Source of the DNA: Eledone cirrhosa
Lineage: Eukaryota
Assembly: GCA_964016885.1 (NCBI GenBank)
Contig: OZ024741.1
Location: 93,000,001-93,064,000 of the forward strand
DNA: 64,000 bases
Direction: 5' to 3'
Positions 23,136 to 41,332 of the stretch are shown piece after piece (positions within the stretch are counted from its first letter, which is position 1; the number at the start of each line of letters is the position of its first letter). Below the pieces are notes generated by a model. It ran no database searches. It had not been told where the DNA came from and was given only the letters and a program-made list of their open reading frames with translations. A program made the position numbers and the translations under genes.

Positions 23136-23957
23136 ATCATCATCATCATCATCATCATCAGCGTTTTAACGTCCGTGTTCCACGCTTGCATGGGTTTGGA
23201 CGGGGGTAGTCCCACTTGAGGCAAGAGTGATTGTCTTGCTCGCATAGGACTGTCTGGCAGGTTTTCTACAGTTGGATGCCCTTCCTAACACCAACCACAT
23301 TTACAGTGTGGGTCTGGGAGGTTTTTACCGTGTTGCCTACACGGCCACATTACAGCGTGGACTGTGTGTTTTTTTGTCGTGACACCTACACGATCTCATT
23401 TGTTTCGGCCTCGATGGCGCGGCACCAACATAACTTTACATAGAACGGGGGGGTGTGGATCGGGTGGGGGTGGTGGGACGGGGTGTATTTGTTAGAGATG
23501 CCTACTGGCTGGAGTAGGTTTTACTATATATTTAGGTAAGGCGGGTCTTCTCTGTTACTGAGTACCGCCAAAGGTCTCGGTCCAGTGACATTGTCTTGGA
23601 GAGGTGTAAGTGTGTGATGTCGGAGTTTATCAGCTCGTCCCAGGTTTTTCTAGGTCTGCCTATTCCGTGACTACCGTCTATCTTTATTGCCCTGCACTTT
23701 GTTATACAGCTATCGACTTTCATGCGCATCACGTGTCCATACCAACGTAGCCTTCTCTCGAGTAAACAACATCTGATCCCTCTTATCTCTAATTTATTCC
23801 TTAGTTCGTTTATGCTTTGCCGTTCACGTATATTACTGTTACACATCCAGCGGAGCATGCAAGCTTCGTTCCTCTCTAGTCTGCGTATATCCTCTGCACA
23901 CAATGCCCAGGTCTCACTGCCATGCAGCATTGCTGTTCGTATGCAGGCATCGTACAA
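23136..23957 (-). mobile_element. RTE family B, 5'-truncated copy
   Basis: 3' UTR plus RT C-terminus [10 protein letters not shown]...EKTRLT. Confidence 0.9.
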
Positions 23958-24102
23958 TATATATATATGTATATAATATATATATATATGTATATAATAT
24001 ATATATGTATATAATATATATATATAATGTATATAATATATATATATATGTATATAATATATATATATATATGTATATAATATATATATATATATGTATA
24101 TA

Positions 24103-24165
<63 letters not shown>

Positions 24166-24193
24166 TATGTGTATATATATATATATGTATATA

Positions 24194-24246
<53 letters not shown>

Positions 24247-24379
24247 ATATATGTATATATATATATATGTATATAATATATGTATATATATATATATGTA
24301 TATAATATATATATATATATGTATATAATATATGTATATATATATATATGTATATAATATATGTATATATATATATATG

Positions 24380-24426
<47 letters not shown>

Positions 24427-24432
24427 GTATAT

Positions 24433-27400
24433 ATCATCATCATCATCATCATCATCAGGCTTAGCGTCCGTGTTCCACGCTTGCATGGGTTTGGACGGGG
24501 GTTTTCCCACTTGAGGCAAGAGTGGTTGTCTTGCTCGCATAGGACTGTCTGGCGGGTTTTCTACAGTTGGATGCCCTTCCTAACACCAACCACATTTACA
24601 GTGTGGGGCTGGGAGGTTTTTACCGTGTTGCCTACACGGCCACATTACAGCGTGGACTGTCTGGCGGGTTTTCTACAGCTGGATGCCCTTCCTAACACCA
24701 ACCACATTTCCAGTGTGGGGCTGGGAGGTTTTTACCGTGTTGCCTACACGGCCACATTTACAGCGTGGGCTGTGTGTTTTTTTTCCGTGACACCTACACG
24801 ATCTCATTTGTTTCGGCCTGGATGTTGTGGGACCAACATAACTTTACATTGAAGGGGCGGTGTGGATGGGGTGGAGGTGGTGGGACGGAGGTGTGTTTTG
24901 ATAGAGATGCCTACTGACTGTAGTAGGTTTTTACTTTGTATTTAGGTAAGGCGGGTCTTCTCTATTACTGAGTACCGCCAAAGGTCTCGGTCCAGTGACA
25001 TTGTCTTGGAGAGGTGTAAGCGTGTGAGGTCGGAATTTATCATCTCGTCCCATGTTTTTCTGGGTCTGCCTACTCCGTGGCTACCGTCTATCTTTATTGC
25101 CCTGCACTTTGTTATACAGCTGTCGCCTTTCATGCGCATCACGTGACCGTACCAACGTAGCCTTCTCTCGAGTAAACAACATCTGATCCCTCTTATTTCT
25201 AATTTTTTCCTTAGTTCGTTTATGCTTTGCCGTTCACGTATATTACTATTGCACATCCAGCGGAGCATGCAAGCTTCGTTCCGCTCTAGTCTGCGTATAT
25301 CCTCTGCACACAATGCCCAGGTCTCACTGCCATGCAGCATTGCTGTTCGTATGCAGGCATCGTATAACCTGCCTTTCATTTTTAGGGAGAACCCTCTAGC
25401 GGCTAATAGTGATATAAGCTCTCTGAACTTTTTCCATCCAGTTCTGACTCTAGCTACTGTACTTTCAGAGCACCCTCCCCCACTGCTGATTTTGTCACCC
25501 AGGTAACGGAAGCTGTCCACTATTTCTATAGAACCCTCTGCGCAGTTGAAGGAGCTAGTAGTTTGTGGGCACTTGCTGCTACTTATTGCACCAGAGCACC
25601 GGCCACATGTAAAATCTATGTTCTTAGTGAGCTTACCTGTGATCCCACTACATCTTTTATGCACCCATACTTTGCATTTGGGACATAAAATGGAGTTTCT
25701 ACCTACGCCTTTCCTACACACTGAGCATGGCCATTTCCCAGATGGGACCGCCGCCTTATTTTCTTTCCTACAAACTAGAACTTTAGTCTTAGCCAGGTTA
25801 ATTTTAAGGCCTTTTGATTCTAGGCCGTGCTTCCATGTTTGGAACTTCTTCTCTAGTTCGGTCATTGATTCAGCTATGAGCGTTAGATCATCTGCGTATA
25901 GGAGTTCCCATGGGCAGCCGGTCTTGAACTCCTCTGTTATAGCCTGAAGGGCAATAATAAATAGTAGGGGGCTAAGAACAGAGCCCTGATGGACACCAAC
26001 TTTTACACTAAACTCTTCACTATATTCGTTGTTAATTCTAACCTTACTGACTGTTTCTTTATACATGGCTTGTATAGCTCTCACAAGCCATTCGTCAACA
26101 CCTAGTTTTCTAAGAGACCACCAGATAATGGAACGGGGGACTCTGTCGAAGGCTTTCTCCAAGTCGACGAAAGCTAAGTATAGGGGTTTACTTTTAGCTA
26201 GGTACTTCTCCTGTAGTTGTCGTACAATGAAAAGAGCGTCTGTGGTACTTTTGCCTGACACAAACCCGAACTGCATTTCATCTAGATCAATTCTCTCTCT
26301 GATTAGTTGCGCTATTACTTTTTCCGTGACCTTCATGACCTGGTCGATTAATTTAATGCCTCTATAGTTACTCCTATCTAGGGCATCTCCTTTTCCCTTA
26401 TAGCAGTTAACGATGATGCTGCTACGCCAGTCCTTCGGAACAACCCCATTCTGTACGACTTGGTTAACTATCCGGGTGACCATGGTGTGTCCCACCGAAC
26501 CAGATGCCTTCAGCATCTCAGCAACTATTTCCGAAGGACCAGCCGCCTTACCCGTCTTCATATCTTTGATTGCCTTGCTTATTGTACTACCCTGGACTAA
26601 CACTGCTGGTCCCTCTATTGGGTCGATGTGGGGGAGACTGTCTTTCTCCCATTTGTTCTCCTCATTTAGAAGCCTTTCGTAGTGACACTTCCAAGCTACC
26701 TTCTTATCAGCGTCGGTGATGGCAAGTATGCCATCATCGTTAAGTACACACTTCTCCCCGACAATATCACGGTTTACCTTGACACATTGCCTGGCAATCC
26801 TGAACACCTCACGTTTTTGGTCCTCACGTTGTAGAACATGCTTGAACTTTCTTTCCTCTGCTTCCCTTCTTGCGAAGTACACTTGTCTCCTAGCTTCCCT
26901 CCTGGCCACTTCTCTGCTTCCCCCATCCCGCCATACTTTCCAAGCCTGCTTTTTGGCCTTAATTGACTCCTCCACCTTACTGTTCCACCACCATGTTACT
27001 CTCCTCCTACCTACAGGCCTGCTCCAGCCACAGACTTCGTCTGTCGCCAACAGCAGGTTTGCTTTCAGAAATTCCCACTGTTCCTCTATATTATACGACT
27101 CTATTTGCTCTTCCTTACTGTCGAAAGCGTCAAGTAATATGCTTTGAAATTTATTTCTGGCTATGGGGTCCTTTAGCTTCCATATTTTTCTCCTGAGGAT
27201 AGTCCTCTTCCGCTGTCTAGCACGTCTCGTCCTGACTATGAGGTCGCTAATTATCAGTCTATGTTGGGAGGTGAATTCTTCATGGGGGAGGGATTTAGTG
27301 TTAACAACAGACACTCTGTCACGTCTTCTGGTAAGGATATAATCTACCTGGCTTGTGTGTTCCCCCGATCTATAGGTGATCAAGTGATTGTCTCGTTTTT

Positions 27401-28708
27401 TGAAGTTAGTGTTACAGATAGTTAAGTTATTTGCGTCGCAGAATTCCAGGATTCTGGAGCCTTCCTCATTTCTAGTACCGAACCCGTAGCCTCCATGGAT
27501 TCCGTCATAGCCGTCACAATGTTGTCCAACGTGACCATTTAGGTCGCCTGCAATAACTATATAGTCACTGTCGGTTATTTGGGAGGTAGCGAGCATCAGT
27601 GTCTCGTAGAATCTGTCTTTTATAGCGCCGGGCAGTCCGGATTGGGGTGCGTACGCAGATATTACTGTCACCGTAGTTTTATTGAGGACAAGTCTTATTT
27701 TAATTATTCTGTCGTTCACTCTATTTACGTCTATTATCTTATCTGCCCACTTTTCTGCTAACATGATTCCTACCCCACCCAGCCCATTGTCATTTCCCAC
27801 CCAGAAAAGCTTATAGCATCGTTTTTTACTCACAATGAATCTAGCAGACCCGCCCCTCCACCTGGTCTCTTGGATGCAGCAGACATCAACCTCCTTACGT
27901 TCAAGCATTTCTACAACCTCGTTTGAGCGGCCTTTTAAGGTCCCTACATTCATGGTACCAACTCTGAAGTTTTGGATTGCGTTTGGTGGGTGGGGTGCAG
28001 AGAGGGGTGTGGTTGATGGGGTTGGGGTTATGTTGGCCATCCCCGGCCGCAACAAAGAGGGTGGGGCTTTGCCCTTTCGTCCGGCAGCATGAGGTGAATT
28101 TGTCGTTATCTTTTGCATTGTCTTCGGGTGTCCAGATTCTTCTGACTCTCCAGAAATTCCCTAGTTCATCCATCATATCGAAAAAGCAACCAGAAGAGCT
28201 AGCATAGATCGTTTACTTGTGATTGGTCCAAATAATAAGGTGGAGAGTGGGGGCGGGAGGGAGGGGTATGGGGTAGTTTGCGAAGAGCAGAATTATTTTT
28301 AGAACAACGGTGAGAAAGAACAGAATTATAGAAAGCCAATTTTGAATACAATTTTTTTGATTCTGGGGGATTGTAAGATATATAGATGAATGAACCGAAT
28401 GTGGAGAGTTGAGAAGAAATGGATATGTACGTTACATTTCGTAGAAGAAAACTGAACAAGCGACCATCAATAATAGGAGACAAATTCTGGGTTTAGTCCC
28501 CTGTAGCATGGCTTATTTATATTTGGTTGGCAAGGAGTGAGGGGGAGTGTGAGACCAGCGTATATGATAAAGAGAGTGAGGGGGTGAGAGGCGATTTCAG
28601 CAGGCCAAGAGAGAGAGAGGGCAATCCCTAATTTAACCTGGCATAATTTCTTTTTTCGGCCAAAATGGTTGCAGGAATATTATTTAGAATTGTAGAAAGA
28701 CAAACAAT
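24433..28708 (-). mobile_element. RTE family B, near full length
   Basis: (ATG)n tail, ~500 bp 3' UTR with an internal duplication, intact ORF, ~590 bp 5' region; TA flanks. Confidence 0.92.
24942..28118 (-). CDS. RTE ORF: AP endonuclease + reverse transcriptase with internal PHD-type finger (intact, 1058 aa)
   Basis: Same motif set as 1500-4619 ([42 protein letters not shown]). Confidence 0.95.
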   Translation of the reverse strand: MQKITTNSPHAAGRKGKAPPSLLRPGMANITPTPSTTPLSAPHPPNAIQNFRVGTMNVGTLKGRSNEVVEMLERKEVDVCCIQETRWRGGSARFIVSKKRCYKLFWVGNDNGLGGVGIMLAEKWADKIIDVNRVNDRIIKIRLVLNKTTVTVISAYAPQSGLPGAIKDRFYETLMLATSQITDSDYIVIAGDLNGHVGQHCDGYDGIHGGYGFGTRNEEGSRILEFCDANNLTICNTNFKKRDNHLITYRSGEHTSQVDYILTRRRDRVSVVNTKSLPHEEFTSQHRLIISDLIVRTRRARQRKRTILRRKIWKLKDPIARNKFQSILLDAFDSKEEQIESYNIEEQWEFLKANLLLATDEVCGWSRPVGRRRVTWWWNSKVEESIKAKKQAWKVWRDGGSREVARREARRQVYFARREAEERKFKHVLQREDQKREVFRIARQCVKVNRDIVGEKCVLNDDGILAITDADKKVAWKCHYERLLNEENKWEKDSLPHIDPIEGPAVLVQGSTISKAIKDMKTGKAAGPSEIVAEMLKASGSVGHTMVTRIVNQVVQNGVVPKDWRSSIIVNCYKGKGDALDRSNYRGIKLIDQVMKVTEKVIAQLIRERIDLDEMQFGFVSGKSTTDALFIVRQLQEKYLAKSKPLYLAFVDLEKAFDRVPRSIIWWSLRKLGVDEWLVRAIQAMYKETVSKVRINNEYSEEFSVKVGVHQGSVLSPLLFIIALQAITEEFKTGCPWELLYADDLTLIAESMTELEKKFQTWKHGLESKGLKINLAKTKVLVCRKENKAAVPSGKWPCSVCRKGVGRNSILCPKCKVWVHKRCSGITGKLTKNIDFTCGRCSGAISSSKCPQTTSSFNCAEGSIEIVDSFRYLGDKISSGGGCSESTVARVRTGWKKFRELISLLAARGFSLKMKGRLYDACIRTAMLHGSETWALCAEDIRRLERNEACMLRWMCNSNIRERQSINELRKKLEIRGIRCCLLERRLRWYGHVMRMKGDSCITKCRAIKIDGSHGVGRPRKTWDEMINSDLTRLHLSKTMSLDRDLWRYSVIEKTRLT

Positions 28709-29385
<677 letters not shown>

Positions 29386-30523
29386 AGAAAACAGAACCCA
29401 GATCCCCTCAGGGAAATGGCCTTGCTCAGTATGTAGGAAAGGTGTAGGTAGGAACTCCATTCTCTGCCCCAAATGCAAACAATGGGTACACAAGAGATGT
29501 AGCGGGATCTCAGGAAGCTTAATTAAGAATGTAGGATTCACATGCAGCAGCTGTGCTGAAACGGCAAGCAAACAGCCACAGGAAACAAGTACCACCAATC
29601 TCTGGGAGGGCCCTGTAGAAACAGTAGACAGCTTCTGCTACCTAGGTGACCGAATTAGCAACGGAGGTGGGTGCTCAGAAAGTACAATAACTAGGGTAAG
29701 AACGGGATGGAAGAAGTTTAGGGAACTACTACCACTGCTAGCTGCAAAAGGCTTCTCCCTCAGAATGAAAGGCAGACTGTATGATGCGTGTATCCGAACA
29801 GCGATGTTGCATGGTAGTGAGACCTGGGCGCTGAAGGTGGAAGACTTACGTAGATTAGAGAGAAACGAAGCCTGCATGCTCCGATGGATGTGTAACAGTA
29901 ATATACGTGAACGACAAAGCATAAAGGAATTAAGAGAGAGACTGAGCATAAGAGGAATCAAATGCTGCGTGCAGGAGAGGCGGTTACGCTGGTATGGACA
30001 TGTGATGCGTATGAAGGATGACAGCAGCATAAAAAGGTGCAGAGCACTAAAAGTTGATGGAAACCGCGGAGTGGGGAGACCCAAGATGACTTGGGATGAG
30101 GTGATAAAAGCCGACCTTACCCAACTACACCTCTCAAAGTCAATGACACACGACCGTGACTTCTGGCGTCACGCAGTAATACAGGGTACCCGACCTCCCA
30201 TGGGTACATGCTGAAGCATATAAAAAATATGCCCCCCCCCCCCCCCACCGCAAGGTGGCCGTGGAGGCGCCACGGCAAAAAAGCACCCGGCCCACACTGT
30301 AAAGTGGACGTGTAGGCGCCACGAAAAAGCACCCAGCACTCACTGTAAATGAGGTTGGTGTTAGGAAGGGCATCCAGCTGTAGAAATCAAGCCAGATCAG
30401 TTCCTGTATGAGCAAGGCATGGTCAGCCGACCAGACACTGCCCACAACAGGACAACCCGTCTAACCCATGCTAGCGTGGAAGAACGGACGTAAAACGGTG
30501 ATGGTGATGATGATGATGATGAT
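29386..30523 (+). mobile_element. RTE family A, 5'-truncated copy
   Basis: Near-identical reverse complement of 1207-2328 ([13 protein letters not shown]...RPPMGTC, 3' UTR, (GAT)n tail). Confidence 0.93.
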
Positions 30524-32720
<2,197 letters not shown>

Positions 32721-32921
32721 ATAGGAACCAGTAAGACCCCGACAGCTGAGCTCAAGCCGTTTCGACGGCTAATTCTGGACTGAGTCCAGAATTAGCCGTC
32801 GAAACGGCTTGAGCTCAGCTGTCGGGGTCTTACTGGTTCCTATTACCCACTCTACTACCTCAAGTATTGAGTACTTTGGTGCGTTATGGTCCACCTGGTT
32901 CCTTACCACATTTCCTTCGTA
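32721..32921 (+). mobile_element. perfect 123-bp palindrome plus ~78 bp tail; probable PLE terminal stub containing half a hammerhead
   Basis: Arms 32721-32781 and 32783-32843. GAAA-CGGCT-TGAGCTC-AGCT-GTC at 32801-32823 resembles hammerhead stem III with a GUC site, but CUGANGA is absent. Confidence 0.6.
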
Positions 32922-33270
32922 ATATATATATATATATATATATAATATATATATATATTATATATATATAATATATATATAGTATATAGTATATATAATA
33001 TATATATATATATATAATATATATATATATATATAATATATATATATATAATATATATATATATAGTATATATAATATATATATATATATATATAATATA
33101 TATATATATAATATATATAATATATATATATATAATATATATATAGTATATATAATATATATATAGTATATATAATATATATATATTTATATATATAATA
33201 TATATTTATATATATATAATATATATTTATATATATATAATATATATTTATATATATATAATATATATTT

Positions 33271-33301
<31 letters not shown>

Positions 33302-33490
33302 TATATATTATATATATAATATATATATATATTATATATATATATTATATATATAATATATATATATATTATATATATATAATATATATATATATATTAT
33401 ATATATAATATATATATATATATTATATATATATTATATATATAATATATATATATATATTATATATATAATATATATAATATACATATA

Positions 33491-34990
33491 TCTATATATA
33501 TAAAACTGTGGTTGTCTGTCTGTCTATCGATTTTTGGCACACATCTCCTCTTAGAATCTCACACGGAATTGCACCGAAATTGCTATACTTGTACATTGAG
33601 CCCTAGCGAAGACATAGGAAAAAAAAAATTTCAAATTGACCCACCCTATGTGACGAAATCGAATATAATGTATCGATTTTTGAGCGTAAGTGATCAGTTA
33701 TTTCCCTTTGTTCTGTTTACATTGAGCGTCTTACGTAAAAAATTACGCTGGCTTTAACAGTTGTCGAGCCAGCAAAATATTGACCTGCAAAATTCATCAG
33801 TTCGAACACTAAGCTTCCGTTTTGCTTCATTTCCATTTAAAAGCATTTTAAAACAATATTTTTACTTGAAAACAAGTCTATTTAAAGACTACGTAAAACA
33901 AGCAAATATTTCGTCGTTAGGCGTGCAGACAGACAGTCGTGCAGAGAGGTGATATAGGCGTGCAGACAGACAGTCGTGCAGAGAGGTGATATAGGCGTGC
34001 AGACAGTCGTGCAGAGAGGTGATATAGGCGTGCAGACAGTCGTGCAGAGAGGTGATATAGGCGTGCAGACAGACATAACTGATAATTTGGTTACGCTAAT
34101 GTTTTTCTCTGCGTTGCAGTGTTTACATTTTCGATCTTTGTTAATAAATAACCAGTGCAGTTTCTATCCCAGCATCCTCTTTTGTTATAACATTCGGGTT
34201 ATCGTTATGTTTTCTTAACTTCATAAGGCATATTGTTGGTTGAGGGAATATTAATCAAAAACACCACATGCAAGTCTGCACAGTAGACACTATAGTTTTT
34301 AAGCCAAGAAAGAAACTTAACATTGTAACTTTAACACAGCTTCATCAGTTCGAACACTAAGCTTCCGTTTTGCTTCATTTCCATTTAAAAGCCTTTTAAA
34401 ACAATATTTTTACTTGAAAACAAGTCTATTTAAAGACTACGTAAAACAAGCAAATATTTCGTAAAAAAAAGCAAAAATTATATAAGTTTATTTAAAATAT
34501 ATGTATCTGTAAATTTTATTAGGCGTGCAGACAGACAGTCGTGCAGAGAGGTGATATACGCGTGCAGACAGACAGTCGTGCAGAGAGGTGATATACGCGT
34601 GCAGACAGACAGTCGTGCAGAGAGGTGATATAGGCGTGCAGACAGACAGTCGTGCAGAGAGGTGATATAGGCGTGCAGACAGACATAACTGATAATTTGG
34701 TTACGCTAATGTTTTTCTCTGCGTTGCAGTGTTTACATTTTCGATCTTTGTTAATAAATAACCAGTGCAGTTTTTATCCCCAGCATCCTCTTTTGTTATA
34801 ACATTCGGGTTATCGTTATGTTTTCTTAACTTCATAAGGCATATTGTTGGTTGAGGGAATATTAATCAAAAACACCACATGCAAGTCTGCACAGTAGACA
34901 CTACAGTTTTTAAGCCAAAAAAGAAACTTAACATTGTAACTTTAACACAGCTACTGAGCGACCCCGAGCAACGCCGGGCTTTACTGCTAG
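33491..34990 (+). mobile_element. non-autonomous Helitron
   Basis: 5' A^TCTATATATATAAAA; 3' hairpin CCCGAGCAACGCCGGG then CTAG^T. Contains an internal duplication (33793-34340 / 34341-34951) and a 28-32 bp minisatellite. Confidence 0.82.
33919..34074 (+). repeat. 28-32 bp minisatellite inside the Helitron (second block at ~34520-34685)
   Basis: Unit AGGCGTGCAGACAG(ACAG)TCGTGCAGAGAGGTGATAT, ~4.5 copies per block. Confidence 0.9.
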
Positions 34991-35011
34991 TATATTATAT
35001 ATATAATATAT

Positions 35012-35249
35012 ATCATCATCATCATCATCATCATCAACGTTTAACGTCCATGTTCCACGCTTGCATGGGTTTGGACGGAGGTAGTCCCACTTGAGGCAAG
35101 AGTGATTGTCTTGCTCGCATAGGACTGTCTGGCAGGTTTTCTACAGTTGGATGCCCTTCCTAACACCAACCACATTTACAGTGTGGGTCTGGGAGGTTTT
35201 TACCGTGTTGCCTACACGGCCACATTACAGCGTGGACTGTGTGTTTTTT
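35012..35249 (-). mobile_element. RTE family B 3' UTR fragment
   Basis: Matches 23136-23375. Confidence 0.87.
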
Positions 35250-35250
35250 G

Positions 35251-35287
<37 letters not shown>

Positions 35288-35778
35288 ATATATATATATA
35301 TATAATATATATATATATATTATATATATATTATATATATATATTATATATATAATATATCTATATATATAAAAATGAATGTATGTTTGTTTGTTTGTCC
35401 AAAGATATAAACGGAGAAAGAGAAATCAACGTATATTCAAACAGAGAGTGAAAGAGCGAGTAGTCTGGCTGCTTTGAACCACTCCCTATATTAGACTGTC
35501 TCTAAAGTTATAAACGGAGAAAGAGAAATCAACGTATAGACAAAGAGAGAGTGAAAGAGCAACGAGTGAAAGAGCGAGTAGTCTGGCTGCTTTGAACCAC
35601 TCCCTATATTAGACTGTCTCTAAAGTTATAAACGGAGAAAGAGAAATCAACGTATAGACAAAGAGAGAGTGAAAGAGCAACGTATAGACAAAGAGAGAGT
35701 GCTATAAACGGAGAAAGAGAAATCAACGTATAGACAAAGAGTGAGTGAAAGAGCGAGTGTGAAATTTTTTTAATTAAA

Positions 35779-35851
35779 GATAATTCCAATCATCATCATC
35801 ATCATCATCAGGTTTAGCGTCCGTGTTCCACGCTTGCATGGGTTTGGACGG
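35779..35851 (-). mobile_element. RTE family B 3'-terminal stub nested in the Helitron
   Basis: (CAT)n + GGTTTAGCGTCCGTGTTCCACGCTTGCATGGGTTTGGACGG, as at 24433-24500. Confidence 0.85.
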
Positions 35852-36103
35852 CGACTCATAGAATTAGTATTCTCTCTTTAATTTAATATAATTTCAATAG
35901 AATTAGTAAATTCTCTCTTTAATTTAATATAATTTCAATAGAATTAGTATAGTGTCTGTTTCACATTACTTCCCTTCCACTCCCATTACAGGGAATTCTT
36001 TTTCAGCTAGCCCTTAACTAAGTGCTGTAATTTGATATCTTCATTTCGTCTGTCCTTATTTTCCTGACCTGGACACATACGTGGACCGACATAATTCCAA
36101 GAA

Positions 36104-37933
36104 TTGAGAACAGTAAACGGTCAAGTATGTGCCACTTATCGTGAAGCTTGCCAAGAATTAAATCTTCTTGAAAATGATGGACATTGGGACACTTCACTCG
36201 CTGATGCATCGAATACTGCTCGACCAAAGCAAATACGCACATTAGTCTCAATAATATTGACAACGTGCTTCCCATCAAATCCAAAAGATCTTTGGGAAAA
36301 ATATAAAGACTACATGAGTGAAGACATCCTACATCGTTTGCGTGCAACAAATCAAAATATGAATATTCAATTCACACAAAATGTGTATAATGAAGCATTG
36401 GTTTCCATTGAGGTCATATGTTTAGCAATCGCTAACAAAACATTGGTACAATTGGGAATGCCTGCGCCGGATCGATCTGTAAACGACATTTTCGATCGTG
36501 GTTTGCAACGAGAAACAAACTTTGATGTCGCCGAATTGGGTACATTTGTTCAAACGAATCTTCCAAATTGCTACCAGAACAACGCATAGTATATGACCAA
36601 ATTATGCAGGCAATTATAAGTCAAAGCGGCGGATTGTATTTTATAGATGCGCCCGGTGGTACAGGCAAAACGTTTCTCATTTCACTTATTTTGCCAACTA
36701 TACGATCAGAAAATAATATTGCACTGGCAATCGCATCATCTGGAATTGCGGCAACTCTTTTAGATGGTGGCCGAACAGCACATTCAGCCCTGAAATTGCC
36801 ATTGAATATGCAAATCGCTGAGACATCAACATGCAATGTTACCAAAAATTCTGGTATAGGTAAAGTACTCCAATCATGTAAAATCATTATATGGGACGAA
36901 TGTACTATGGCGCACAAAAAATCATTGGAAGCGTTTAATAATACGCTAAAAGATTTGAAAGGAAATGAACAGCTCTTCGGTGGCACACTCATTTTATTGT
37001 CTGGTGATTTTCGACAAACTCTACCAGTTATACCGCGATCAACACCCGCTGATGAGCTTAATGCATGTCTCAAATCATCAGTTTTATGGCGACACGTACA
37101 GAAATTAACTTTAAAAAACAATATGCGTGTACAACTACAAAATGACGCATCCGCTGAACGTTTCACAAAACAATTGCTGGATATTGGGAATGGGAAAATG
37201 GTAATCGATGATTCCACAAAATGTATCACATTGCCAACAAACTTCTGTAGAATCACGGCAACCAGAGACGAACTGATTCACAAAGTGTTCCCAAATATTG
37301 CGCAGCATTACAAAAATCATCAGTGGCTCAGTGTACGTGCTATATTAGCAGCCAAAAACACCGATGTCAATGCCATTAATTTCAGCATTCAAAACGAAAT
37401 ACCAGGCGAAGCGACAACGTATAAGTCCATCGATACTGTAATGAATCAAGACGAAATTATCAATTATCCAATTGAATTCTTGAATTCACTTGATTTGCCA
37501 GGCATGCCACCGCACATTTTAACATTGAAAATTGGCGTGCCTATCATCCTTCTCCGAAACATCAATCCACCACAACTTTGCAACGGTACCAGACTTTCAG
37601 TGAAAAGACGATGAACAATATCATCGAGGCTACAATTTTAAATGGAAAATTTAAAGGAGAAGATTACTCTTGCCACGCATCCCAATCATTCCAACAGATA
37701 CGCCATTCGATTTCAAACGTTTGCAGTTTCCGGTGCGACTCGCCTTTGCAATGACTATCAACAAAGCACAAGGACAATCGCTACAAGTGTGTGGACTAAA
37801 TTTAGAAAATCCATGCTTCTCACATGGACAGCTGTATGTGGCTTGCTCACGCGTCGGTAAACCTTATGATTTATTCGTGTACGCACCAGAAGGAAAAACA
37901 AAAAACATTGTGTATCCAAAAGCACTTCAGTAA
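36104..37933 (+). pseudogene. Helitron RepHel helicase (PIF1/SF1B) fragment, frameshifted
   Basis: RTVNG..TYREAC, DAPGGTGKT (Walker A), SSGIAATLL, IWDE (Walker B), GDFRQTLP, LCNGTRL, FAMTINKAQGQ, HGQLYVACSRV, split over three ORFs. Confidence 0.92.
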
Positions 37934-38148
37934 AACAAATTAAATGTTCTTATAACGAATTTTCTTTAAATTCGTCAGTCATTCAGTCATTTAAAGATAA
38001 ATGTTAAAATCTAAAAAATAGAAACTAAATTACAAAAGTTTTTAAATCCCGATTAAAATGTTAATATTATTCTTTTCTAAATAAGGTTTTTAACACTGAG
38101 CGAAGCCGGGTAGCTCCGCTAGTATATATATATTATATATATATATAT

Positions 38149-38367
38149 CTTTAAACGATCGACTTCGTCAAATCGGACCGAGGGAACAATGTTTCCGTTG
38201 GTCTTTCCAATTGCTAGTACTATCTATCGGTCGCAACTCCAGGTAGAAGGAGCAACGTGAAATAAAGTGTCTTGCTCAAGGACATAACGCATCACCTGGT
38301 CCAGGAATCGAACTCGCAACCTACGATTGCGAATCCAATTCTCTAACCACTCAGCCACACGCCTTCA
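38149..38367 (-). mobile_element. tRNA-head SINE with the same CORE-like block but a different 3' half
   Basis: Minus strand: TGGCTGAGTGG (A box), GTTCGATTC (B box), CCTTGAGCAAGACACTTTATTTCAC, then a tail unrelated to the RTE-C tail. Confidence 0.8.

Positions 38368-41332
<2,965 letters not shown>

Larger units (their letters stand above)
35360..38122 (+). mobile_element. internally deleted Helitron retaining the PIF1-like helicase region
   Basis: 5' A^TCTATATATATAAAAATGAATGTATGTTTGTTTG; 3' CTGAGCGAAGCCGGG...CTAG^T; helicase reading frames inside; no Rep domain visible. Confidence 0.88.

Noticed and set aside
33793-33800. CTGATGA on the minus strand (also 34341) and on the plus strand at ~56089 as hammerhead cores
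   Set aside because: I could not find a properly placed GAAA, stem II or stem I.
33919-34685. CRISPR-like regularly spaced repeats
   Set aside because: The units are head-to-tail with no unique spacers, there are no cas genes, and the context is a eukaryotic Helitron.
36104-37933. Host PIF1 helicase gene
   Set aside because: It is intronless, frameshifted, has Helitron-type motifs and lies within TC...CTAG termini.
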